A stretch of DNA of 64,000 nt from Macrostomum lignano (taxonomy: Eukaryota), in contig NIVC01003535.1 in assembly GCA_002269645.1 (NCBI GenBank), positions 28,425-92,424 on the forward strand, in the 5' to 3' direction. Every line of letters starts with the position of its first letter. The first letter of the stretch is position 1. Position numbers and translations under genes: made by a program. This document shows, piece by piece, positions 1 through 10,940 of this stretch. The notes beneath the pieces are model-generated. The model was not told the origin of the DNA and ran no database searches. It saw only the letters and a program-made list of their open reading frames with translations.

Positions 1-800
1 AGGAGAGACAAAGGGAGAGAGAAGTGAGTGGGGCGAGAGGAGACAAAAGAGAATGGAGGGGAGAGAGTAGAGAGGAGAATAAAGATGGGAGAGGAGAGAT
101 AAGAGAGAGGGGGGAAGCAGAGAGAGAGAGGGGAAGCAGAGAGAGAGAGAGGGGGAAAGCAGAGAGAGAGGGGGGAAGCAGAGAGAGAGGGGGGGAAGCA
201 GAGAGAGAGAGAGAGGGGGGAAGCAGAGAGAGAGAGAGGGGGAAGCAGAGAGAGAGAGGGGGGAAGCAGAGAGAGAGGGGGGAAGCAGAGAGAGAGGGGG
301 GAAGCAGAGAGAGAGGGGGGAAGCAGAGAGAGAGAGGGGGGAAGCAGAGAGAGAGAGGGGAAGCAGAGAGAGAGAGGGGGGAAGCAGAGAGAGAGAGGGG
401 AAGCAGAGAGAGAGGGGAGAAGCAGAGAGAGAGGGGGGGAAGCAGAGAGAAAGGGGGGGAAGCTGAGAGAGAGGGGGGAAGCAGAGAGAAATGAAAAGAG
501 ATAAAAGAGAAGAGAGAGAGAAGAGAAAGGAGAGATCAGGGAGCAAATAAAGACGTGAGAGAAGAGAGGTGAAGAAAAAGACGAGAGAAGAGTGGGAGGA
601 GAGGAAAGAGAAAAGAAAAGAAAAGAGATGAGATAAGAGAGATGAAAAAGAAGATAAATGAGGGAAGATACGAGAGAAGAGGGGAGAGAGGAAAGAGGAA
701 AAAGAGAAGAGAGGAGAGGAGAGAGAGCAGAGAGGAGAGACGAGAGAGAAGAGAGGAAACAGAAGAGAAGATAGAAGTTTCAAAGGATCGAAGAGACGTA
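1..800. repeat. GA-rich low-complexity tract with (ggggaagcagagagaga) sub-repeats
   Basis: Nearly pure purine sequence; the ORFs called here are repeat translations. Confidence 0.9.
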
Positions 801-2256
801 GGGAGAGTCAGAGGCAGAGGCCAGAGTTTGCCAATACATGTTTTAGAGTCAGACAGACATTAACTGCCTATTTAAAGTAAAAAGCACCCCAGCCAACAAG
901 ATCAATGTTTGCCTCAAATTCTAATTTTACACGAATGTACTCCATTTTATGTCTACCTCTATCCTACTAACTATTAACAAGTTTTTGTTTGAGTATGGCC
1001 TCAGATTTCAGAATACATGGAAAAATAGTTCCGGGATTGGAATTCCCCGGGTTCAAAATCCGCGGGTTTCAACAGCTTGTCTCTACATATAAAAATCAAA
1101 ACTCTGTCTGTGTGTCTGTGTGTGTGTCTGTCTGTGGACAATTTTGATCGCTATGGACTCCCAAACCGCTCAACCAAATTACACCAAACTTTACACCCAC
1201 CCTAAACTTACTACGGAGAATGTCTTAGGCTACCTTTAAATTTCCTAGACTCAAGTTTTCTTACCTAAAAGTACAAAAAACTGCTCAAAATACGCGATTT
1301 TTTCACTAAATCCTCCATAGCGCCGCTCCACTTTTACCGATTCTTTTCAAATTTGACACAGATAATCTTAAACTATTTTAGCACAATTATGTAAAATTTT
1401 AAGTCTCAAAGTTAATCCTGAGCGGTGCTGTGCACTTTTAAAATTAGGCTGTTTTTTTTCAGCGTAGCAACCACCCCAACCTCCGCCCGCCTCTCTTTCC
1501 CGATCTGGGCCCAGATGTGTAAAAGGGTTTCAAAATTGACTAACTTTCAGCTGCCATAAGTTTGCTCCACGTAAAGCGATTGACTTTACACAATTCTTTA
1601 TTGACTCATTATCTATCTAAATGTAAAGTTTCAACTCTGTAACTCAACCGAAAAAGAAACTGTAAGCATGTGAAGTTTGTCTGCTTTTTCTGTTGTTTGT
1701 GCCACTCACTCACTCATTCCCCCAGCCCAGACGAAGGGTCAGGCGATAGGGCTGAATGTACATAGCAAATGTACAGTGTTTTGGAATAACTTTTTAATAG
1801 CCTTCTCTGTACCCCCGCGCGTGGAGAGGCTACGTTTAGCCATGACAGTTTAGTGAGAAATTCTAACCACTGTCCTCTGTATTGGTACTATTGGCAAACT
1901 CTGCAGCAGTTTAACAGTGGATGGCAAATCGAGGGAATCCAGCATCCCCAGCATGGTTTGTAAAAGCGAAAGATTTATGAAAAGGCGATGCAATGCAATA
2001 CAACCCTACTAAATTAGTCACAGTCACACCATGGAAATTTAAGCTTTCTCTTAAAAATACTTTGAAATTTAATTGGCCTCCTAAGAAATGCGTATTTCCT
2101 TGGTTGTTAGACTGCTGCAGACTGTGGTTGTGGAGCTGGAGAATGGAGATACACAAATTCCTCTCAGGGCTGCTAATTGGCCAGAAAGATGACGTGATTA
2201 AAGCATGAGAAATGATAACCATGATAGTACTACGTCCCATGATAGTACTTTCGAAG

Positions 2257-3634
2257 CAGGGATCGGCAGATTTTTATCTCAAAGGCCAGATAAAGAATCC
2301 AGCTCATTGCTGCGGGCCAGATGAGAGTGAAAAGGAAAAGGAATAGACTATTAGAGAGGGAGAAGGGGCGAGAGGGGGATAAGAGAAAAGATAGAAGATA
2401 ACAGGAGAGACGAGGGGGTTGAGGAGAGAGCAGAGAATATGGGACGAAGAAGCGAGAGGAGGGGAGAGAGAAGGGAGAGGAAATAGTAGAGGTGAGAAGA
2501 TGGAGAGAGAAGAGAGGAGAGATGAGACAGGATCGATCAGAGAGGAGAAAGGAAGGAGAGATGATAGAGTAAAGGGAAGAGGAGGAGAGAGGAAAGAAAT
2601 GAGATTGTAGAGATGAGACAGATGAAAGGAGAGATGAGAGAGTAAAGATGAGAGATTAAAAAGGTGAGAGGAGAGTGCAGAGAGACGAGAGAAGATAATA
2701 GAGAGAGAGTATAGAAGAGGGAAGAGAAAAGAAGAGAGGAGTAAGGAAAGAGAGGAGTCAGAAGAGGGGAAAGAAAAGAGTACACAGGAAAGAGGAGAGT
2801 AAAAATGACAGAAGAGCGAGGGGGATGAGAGAGCAAAGATGAGAGTGAACAGACGAAGGAGAGATGAGAAGTGAGATAAGAGAGATAAAGGAGGAGAGAG
2901 TGGAGAGAGAAGAGAGAAGACAAGAGAGGGAGACAGTATAGAAGAGGGAAGAGAAGAGAAGAGAAGAGGAGAAAGGAGAAAGGAAAGAGAGGAGTCAGAA
3001 GAGGTGAAAGAGAAGAGTACAGGTGAGAGAACGTATAAGAGAGTAAAGATGACAGATGAGAGAGCAGAGATGAGGGTAAACAGACGAGAGATGGGAGAGT
3101 AGAGAGAACAGAGGAGAGATAAGAGAGAAGAGATTACAGAAACTAGAGGAGAGAGGAGAGACAGGGAGAGAGAAGTGAGTGAGGAGAGAGAAGAGGAAAG
3201 AGGAGAATGAAGAGGGCAGAGAGTAGAGAGGAGAAGAGAGATGGGAGAGGAGAGATGAAAGAGAGAGAGAGAGAGAGAGAGACCAGAGCAGAGCAGAGCA
3301 GAGAAAAACGAGAAGAGATAAGAGAGAAAAGATAAAAGAAGAGAAAGGAGAGATGAGAGAGCAGACGAGAGAGAAGAGAGGTGAGGGAAGAGACGAGAGA
3401 CGAGGGGAGAGAGGAGAGATAAAACAAGAAAAGAGATGAGAGGAAAGAGAGAGAGGAAAGAGTAGAGAGAAGGTAGAGACGAGAGAAAAGGGGGAGAGAG
3501 GAGAGGAGAAAGAGAAGAAAGGAGAGTCGAGGGACGAGAGAGAAGAGAGGAAACAGAAGAGAAGATACAAGTTGCAATCGATCCAAGGTACGTAGGGAGA
3601 GTCAGAGGCAGAGGCCAGAGTTTGCCAATGCATG
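2257..3634 (+). mobile_element. hAT/Charlie-like MITE with GA-rich low-complexity interior, nested in the Helitron-like unit
   Basis: Left end cagggatcggcagatttttatctcaaaggccagata...gcgggccaga; right end ggccagagtttgccaatgcatg (imperfect TIR CAGGGATCGGCA / CATGCATTGGCA), resembling MER58-type Charlie ends. 8-bp flanks match only partly (tttcgaag / ttttagag). Confidence 0.5.
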
Positions 3635-5020
3635 TTTTAGAGTCAGACAGACATTGCCCGACATTCTGCGCAGCATGTACCCCAGCCAACAATATCAAAT
3701 GTTTGCCTCAAATCCTAATTTTACACGAATGTACTCCATTTTATGTTTACTCTATCCTACTAACTATTAACAAGTTTTTGTTTGAGTATGACCTCAGATC
3801 TCAGAGCACATGCACAAATATTTCCGGGAATCGGAATTCCCCGGGTTCAAAATCCACGGGTTTCAACAGCTTGTCTCTAACTATAAAAATCAAAACTCTG
3901 TCTGTGTGTCTGTCTGTCTGTGGACAATTTTGATCGCTATGGACTCCCAAACCGCTCAACCAAATTACGCCAAACTTTACACCCACCCTAAACGTACTAC
4001 GGAGAATGTCTTAGGCTACCTTTAAATTTCCTAGACTCAAGTCTTCCTACCTAAAAGTACAAAAAACTGCTCAAAATGCGCGATTTTTTCACTTAATCCT
4101 CCATAGCGCCGCTCCACTTCTACCGATTCTCTTCAAATTTGACACAGAAAATCTTCAACTATTTTGACACAATCGTGTAAAATTTCGAATCTGAAAGTTA
4201 ATCCTGAACGGCGCTGTGCACGTTTAAAGTTTGGCTGTTTTTTTCAGCGAGGCAGCCACCCCAACCTCCACCCGCCTGGCTCTCTTTCCCGATTCCGATC
4301 TGGGCCCAGATGTGTAAAAGGGTTTCAAAATTGACTAACTTTCAGCTGCCATAAGTTTGCTCCACGTAAAGCGATTGACTTCAAACTTGACACAATTCTT
4401 CATTGACTCATTCTCTATCTAAATGTAAAGTTTCAACTCTGTAACTCAACCGAAAAAGAAACTGTAAGCATGTGAAGTTTGTCTGCTTTTTCTGTTGTTT
4501 GTGCCACTCACTCACTCATTCCCCCAGCCCAGACGAAGGGTCAGGCGATAGGGCTGAATGTACATAGCAAATGTACAGTGTTTTGGAATAACTTTTTAAT
4601 AGCCTTCTCTGTACCCCCGCGCGTGGAGAGGCTACGTTTAGCCATGACAGTTTAGTGAGAAATTCTAACCACTGTCCTCTGTATTGGCAAACTCTGCAGC
4701 AGTTTAACAGTGGATGGCAAATCGAGGGAATCCAGCATGGTTTGTAAAAGCGAAAGATTTATGAAAAGGCGATGCACTGCAATACAACCCTACTAAATTA
4801 GTCACACCATGGAAATTTTAGGTTTCTCTTAAAAGTACTTTAAATTTTAAATGTCCTCCTAAGAAATTCGTATTTCCTTGGTTGTTAGACTGATGCAGAC
4901 TGCAGTGGAGCTGAAAATACACAAATTCCTTTCAGGACTGCAAATTGGCAAGAAAGATGACATGATCAAAGCATGAGAACAGCCATGAGAGTACTACGTC
5001 CCACAAACTGGCTTTCCAAG

Positions 5021-5913
5021 CAGAAATGGGCAGATTTTTACTTCAAAAGCCAGATAAAGAATCCAGTATCCAGCTTATGTGCGGGCCAGATGAGAGTGGA
5101 AAGGAGAAGGAATAGACTATTAGAAGAGAGGAGAGGCGAGAGGGGGTATGAGAAAACATGGAATATAAGAGGAGAGACAAGTGGTGAGAAGAGAGCAGAG
5201 AAGAAGGGAGGAAGAAGCGAGATGAGGGGAGAAAGGAGGGAGAGGAAAGAGTAAAGGTGAGAAGAGGGGAGAGATGAGACAGAGGATCGATGAGAGGAGA
5301 GTAGAGAAGAGTGAGAAGAGAGTAGAGATGAGAGAGCAGAAAGAAGATGACAGAGGGTCAAGAGGAGAGGAGAGATTAGAGAGGAGAGAGTAGAAAGGAT
5401 AGAAAAGAGAGGAGATAAGAGGGGGAGAGAAGGGGTGAGAAGAAAAGAGATAGAGATAAGAGAGGGGTGTAAGAAGATGGGAGAAAGGAGAGATGAGAGA
5501 GTAAAAGGAAGAGGAGGAGAGAGGAAAAAGATGAAATGTAGAGATGAGACAGATGAAAGAAGAGATGAGAGATGAAAAAGGTGAGAGGAGAGTGCAGAGA
5601 GACGAGAGAAGATAATAGAGGAGAGAGAGAGTATAGAAGAGGGAAGAGAAAAGAAGAGAGGAGTAAGGAAAGAGAGGAGTCAGAAGAGGTGAAAGAGAAG
5701 AGTACAGAGGAGATAAGTGAGAGAACGTATAAGAGAGTAATGATGACAGATGAGAAAGCAGATGAACAGACGAGAGATGGGAGAGTACAGAGAACAGAGG
5801 AGAGATAAGAGAGAAGAGATTACAGAGACTAGAGGAGAGAGGAGAGACAGAGAGAGAGAAGAGGAAATAGGAGAATGAAGAGGGGAGAGAGTAGAGAGGA
5901 GAAGAGAGATTGG

Positions 5914-5982
<69 letters not shown>

Positions 5983-6472
5983 CAGAGCAGATAGAAACGA
6001 GAAGAGATAAGAGAGGCAAGATAAAAGAAGAGAAAGGAGAGATGAAAGAGCAGACGAGAGAGAAGAGAGGTGAGGGAAGAGACGAGCGACGAGGGGAGAG
6101 AGAAGATATAAAACAAGAAAAGAGATGAGAGGAAACAGAGAGAGGAAAGAGGTGAGGGAAGAGACGAGAGAAGAGGGGAGAGAGGAGAGAGAGAGGAGGG
6201 AGAAAACGAAAGAGTAGAGAGGAGAGAGGAGAGCAGAGAGAAAACGAAAAGTAGAAAGGAGAGTGGAGAGGAGAGAGAAAAGAATAGGGAAGAGAGATGA
6301 AACAGAAGAGAGATGAGGGAAGATACAAGAGAAGAGAGGAGAGAGGAGAGAAGAGAGAGGAGAGAGGAGAGACGAGGGATGGGAGAGAAGAAAGGAAAGA
6401 GACGATAGAAATTTTAAAGGATCCAAGGGACATAGGGAGAGTCAGGGAGAGGCCAGAGTTTGCCAATACATG
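5021..6472 (+). mobile_element. Second copy of the hAT/Charlie-like GA-rich MITE
   Basis: Same ends as 2257-3634 (cagaaatgggcagatttt... / ...agtttgccaatacatg) at the same position in the next 2.8-kb unit; a third right end lies at about 820-840. Confidence 0.5.
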
Positions 6473-6924
6473 TTTTAGAGTCAGACATTGCCTGGCATTC
6501 TGTGGAGTACCCCAGCAAACAATATCAACGTTTGCCTCAAACCCTAATTTTACACGAATGTGCTCCATTTTATGTCTACCTCTATCCTACTATTAATTTG
6601 TTTGTGTATGGCCTTAGATTTCAGAATACATGCAAAAGTAGTTCCGGGGATTAGAATTCCCCGGGTTCAAAATCCGCGGGTTTCAACAGCTTGTTTAATG
6701 TAAAAATAATTTTTACGTAAGAATAGTCTCATACTACTTTTAAAAATTGGAAAGTAGTCTGGGAGATGAAGTTTTCCAAGACTCCTCTGTTTAGTTGTAT
6801 TCATAAACACGGGCGAGAACTATGAAAATCTAATTATAAATTGAAACACATCTCAAAAAAATTGGTAAAACTTCTGAGTAACTTGAATCGAGCATTCTGT
6901 GTAGAGTTCTGTGGCTTGATTTGT

Positions 6925-7575
6925 AAGCCAAGTTTGATAGTTGAGCCAACCAAGTTGAGAATACTAATTTGGCAGTAGATCTGGTCTTGCCCATAGACAT
7001 AGACAGAAAATTGGCAATCAGTTTGATGATTCGGCCATAGACATCAGCGCAAAGGATGTCAGTAAAAATAAGAATGCAATGGTTTGCATAGGTGCTCGCA
7101 ACTTGTGCAAACCAGCTTTAGTGATCAGCCACCCCCTGCCTTTGTGCATCTGTGTGGGGCGGGCTGTACTTACGAGCGTAGCCCCGCCCCCCTCCGCTGG
7201 CTATTTAGCACGCCGTTTCAGCGTTGCGCTCATTGTTCTTGCTGCTATAATTTGTCTATGTCTATGTCTATGTCTATGTCTATGTCTATGTCTATGTCTA
7301 TGTCTATGTCTATGTCTATGTCTATGTCTATGTCTATGTCTATGTCTATGTCTATGTCTATGTCTATGTCTATGTCTATGTCTATGTCTATGTCTATGTC
7401 TATGTCTATGTCTATGTCTATGTCTATGTCTATGTCTATGTCTTTATCTATGTCTATGTCTTTATCTATGTCTATGTCCATCTCTATGTATATGTCTATG
7501 TCTATGGGCAAGACCAAGTCTACCGCTGCCAAATGGGGATTCTCCAACTTGGTTGGCTTAGCTTGGCTGACAAAA
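6925..7575. mobile_element. Fold-back/MITE-like element with ~80-bp imperfect inverted arms
   Basis: agccaaccaagttgagaat...tttggcagtagatctggtcttgcccatagacatagac (6944-7005) is the inverse of gtctatgtctatgggcaagaccaagtctaccgctgccaaat...ctccaacttggttggct (7495-7558). Confidence 0.55.
7254..7505. repeat. (GTCTAT)n hexanucleotide microsatellite, ~40 units
   Basis: Direct reading. Confidence 0.97.
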
Positions 7576-7718
7576 GCAATACTATATAGCTCGTAGTAAT
7601 TCGGCAAATGTAAAAGCCTCGCCCCCGGGCATGTTAGAGATTTTCTTCTTGTAGAGTACGGCTCACCTCCGTATTAACTCTGCTGCCGAGCCTCTGTCAG
7701 CCTCTCTTCTCTTCCCGC

Positions 7719-7723
<5 letters not shown>

Positions 7724-7812
<89 letters not shown>

Positions 7813-7813
7813 T
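7724..7813. repeat. (CT)n microsatellite
   Basis: Direct reading. Confidence 0.95.
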
Positions 7814-8599
7814 TCAATGTTAGTCCCGCTTGTATTCCCTAGAGGGAAGCCGATTTACAAGAATGCGCTGCCCCCCCCCCCCCCCTAGCTACAAGCCACT
7901 CTCTCGTCCATGTGTTGCTATAGAATGCCAATCCCATAGCCCAGAACACTACGCTTCGTCCAGTTTCGCTCAAGCTACATCGGTGTGTGTGTTGGTGCGC
8001 CCGTGTCATTAAAATTAATCCACATCGAATATTTGACAGCTGCGAGAGTCATAGAGAAGAGAATTTAGTTTTTAGTTAAATTATTTTTTTGGAGACAGGA
8101 GTATGGAGAAGTACATGTAGCAGTCCTCTGGCTCCCACAGCGTGCCATCCTGAGCTGCCCGACGTCATTTCACTAGAAGGTTCTGTCAATTATATATGCT
8201 GGTCTATAGTATTAGCACATTTCATATCTACAGGAAACTGTTCTCCTAATAATTTACACTATCTTGGATTTATTCGACATTACATCGGTTTATCACTACC
8301 AGTCCAAGTGTTTCAAACAGATGTCCATGGTGCACAAGAATCTGACGAGTACAAGCTCCATTCTGATTGGCTGTTGAAATGCTAGCATACGGTATTCGGT
8401 ATATATGTATATATACTCCTTTCGCTATTCCTCTCACCCAGATTAGCAATCCCGAATCACTCGCTCCCCGCTTCCTGGTACAGAGCTGCCTCAGGGAAAA
8501 ATTCCCCTCTTGAGCTACTCAACTGCATGGGATAAAATAATCCCACTCTGTCGCCTCAGATTTTATCCTGTCAATGGTTGTTCCGCATCCGGCTGCTGA

Positions 8600-9136
8600 T
8601 TAAAGGCCTTGAGGTGAGTAATTTGTCATCCATGTTCTGAACACTTTGCCATCATTGTATTCACAGCACAAAAATTCTCTCCCCAAGATTTTCACGAGTT
8701 CTTGTTGCCAAGCATTCGAATGCGGCTTCATCAATACACGAATAGCACACCGTTGGTAATAAATCAATTTATCTGCTGGGGTTTTTTGGCATTTTCCCCC
8801 AGCAAAGCATCGGGGAAAAACGCCCCCACGAGCGGGCTGGCCCCGACAGAAGGATGAAGGATAAGCCACAAGCAGTGCATTGTTTGGCAAATGGCGACAC
8901 GCTGTGTTTACTAAACCCGGCTAGCATGAGGCTAAGGAAATTGCTACAGGTTTTGCCCATCTGTGACTGCGCATCTGCATTGGCCGAACCCCTGAACTAA
9001 TGGACCGCAGTTGATTTTTATCTTTGAAGAATTTCTGCACTCGTTCAGCATAGCTGCGCCTTTTTGTATAGAAGTCTGACAAATTCACAGCTTCAAGCAA
9101 ATTACTTGGGCCTGCGCAAGTACCTGGAGAGTTCAT
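8600..9136 (-). mobile_element. Possible decayed non-LTR retrotransposon 3' fragment (R2/NeSL-like zinc knuckle region)
   Basis: Broken minus-strand frames include RCFAGGKCQKTPADKLIYYQRC...H...LVKIL, loosely like the CRAGC-ET-HILQ-C-RH knuckle of RLE-type LINEs. Weak; no RT motif seen. Confidence 0.2.
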
Positions 9137-9189
9137 TTCTTAGAAATAATTTCGTTAATGCTTTTGCTCCGACTTTCGTTAATGCTCTA

Positions 9190-9400
9190 TCTCCTCTATC
9201 TCTTATCTCTACCTCTCTTCTCCACCTCTCTCCTCCACCTCTCCTCCATCTATCTCTACCTCTCTTCTCCACACTCCCTCCTCTACCTCTCCTCCATCTA
9301 TCTCTACCTCTCTTCTCCACACTCCCTCCTCTACCTCTCCTCCACCTCTCCGCCACCTCTCATCTACCTCTCTCCTCGTCTCTTCCCAAATCTCTGCTCC
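9190..9400. repeat. CT-rich tandem repeat, ~48-bp unit
   Basis: ctcctccatctatctctacctctcttctccacactccctcctctacct recurs at 9241 and 9289, with degenerate flanks. Confidence 0.8.
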
Positions 9401-9889
9401 GACTCCTCTACTTCATTCTTTCACACCCAGCTCGGCTACTCCTGCCCTCTGTCGCCATCTATCTATCCATCTTAGGAGCGCACAGCTTCCATCAATTGCA
9501 GAAACCGCACTTCAGTACACAATAACTGAGAGCGCAGTCGCACACGCAAAACAACAATTCTTTTTGGACAGACAGAAAATAATTATGCTGCTACGAGTAT
9601 AATATCATTTCAGAATTTTAGTATTTGGCATTGGATCATGCATATATTCACACATCTATTCCAATTCCCAACTCCCACCCCATCGCCATTTCGCCTTTTT
9701 CTGCTTTTGGATTTTTCTAGCAGAAATTAACTGCCCATATATTCGGTGCACATGTGAAAGAGTCAACCACCGGCTGTTCTCGTACTCCATCGACTGAGCA
9801 CTTTGCCGAGTCAATCTCTTTTTCACTCGAGAGAAAGAGGGAGGGATCAGGGACCACTAGTACATACTATACATATAATATCTTAGTAG

Positions 9890-10097
9890 AGGTTGTAGCC
9901 TAGTGATTACAGCGTCGGACTCACGACTTGATGGTCGGGGGTTCGATTCCAGATTCCACTGCAACAATTTATGTCCTTGAGCAAGACACTCAACTCTGCA
10001 TTGCTTCAGTTCACCCAGCTGTAAAATGGGTGCCAGCATTAGCTGGGGTAATTGAGGCTGTGTGTGGCGACCCCCCAGTCCTTGGACCGAACAGCCG
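9890..10097 (+). mobile_element. tRNA-derived CORE-type SINE (family 1)
   Basis: tRNA-like head with A box (tagcctagtg) and B box (gggttcgattcc), followed by tgtccttgagcaagacactcaactctgcattgcttcagttcacccagctgtaaaatggg, which aligns to the MIR/CORE domain. Second copy at 19966-20170. Confidence 0.8.
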
Positions 10098-10473
10098 TTG
10101 GGTTGCATTTAAGCCAATAAACGATGAAGCCATCCATCCCAGCTTCATGTGATTGTCGTAAGAGCTAAGTTTTGATACAACGGTAACTTTTAGTAGTGGT
10201 CCTTGGGGATATAAGAGAGAGTGAGACAGATTTTGGGATAAAAAAGACGTGAAAAAACTTACACAAGAGTTGGACATCCCGTCCCATGATTTCCCATTGC
10301 ATTGCCCACAATAAGCTACTCAATATTGGTGAGCCCTGCCGCAACAGAAAAAGCAGAGCTGCTTTGTTAAAAGCAAAAAGCGCTTACGAAGAGTCGCATT
10401 GCTGATGTTATCCAGAAAAAATGTTGCAATTTAATTAAGCCAACCGCCCGCCGCTCCTAACCGTCGGTGACAT

Positions 10474-10516
<43 letters not shown>

Positions 10517-10940
10517 GCTGGTAGTTCTGGGTCGAGAATTTCACTAAGCACAAGTGCACAGTGTTTACTACTAAAATATAATTACAATTAATAAAGCAAT
10601 GGTTGGGATCCTTGATTGACAGGCCAGATGGCCTGGTGGGCTCTTCAATCGGACTCGTATTCATTAGCCTCGTATTATTCAGACGTTGAGACTGCTACAT
10701 TGGGGGGGTTCTAGAGAGAACTGCAGCCTCACTAAGCCTTGATGTAGGGGAACAGATGGTCTAGTTACTAAGGCGATCGTGCTCAGACAAGCTAATCAGG
10801 CTGCTCACTATTGTGAATTGCTCTACTAATCAATTAATGAATTAGAATCTAGCAGAATTCCCCAGATTCTCAGCAGAAACATTGCAAATCAGGAAATTTC
10901 TTACTTCTAAAATTTCTTTTAGACTCTTGATTGAATAGCG

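Larger units (their letters stand above)
1..6693 (+). mobile_element. Head-to-tail tandem array of a ~2.8-kb non-autonomous Helitron-like element (partial unit to 1079; units 1080-3873 and 3874-6693)
   Basis: The same sequence recurs with ~2.8-kb period. Each unit ends in a GC-rich imperfect hairpin (cccgggttcaaaatccgcggg) followed by aacagCTTG and joins directly to TCtcta(c)atataaaaat plus a (GTCT/GTGT) microsatellite at 1079/1080 and 3873/3874. The last unit ends CTTG|T at 6693. This matches Helitron 5'-TC and 3'-hairpin-CTRR-like ends. No Rep/helicase ORF. Confidence 0.6.

Noticed and set aside
24-6568. Long ORFs (up to 482 aa) rich in S/L or E/R/G
   Set aside because: They are translations of GA/CT low-complexity DNA that lacks stop codons by composition.
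9890-9960. tRNA gene
   Set aside because: The tRNA-like head runs into a CORE domain and has a dispersed copy: a SINE, as are the heads at 20170, 20577 and 30375.
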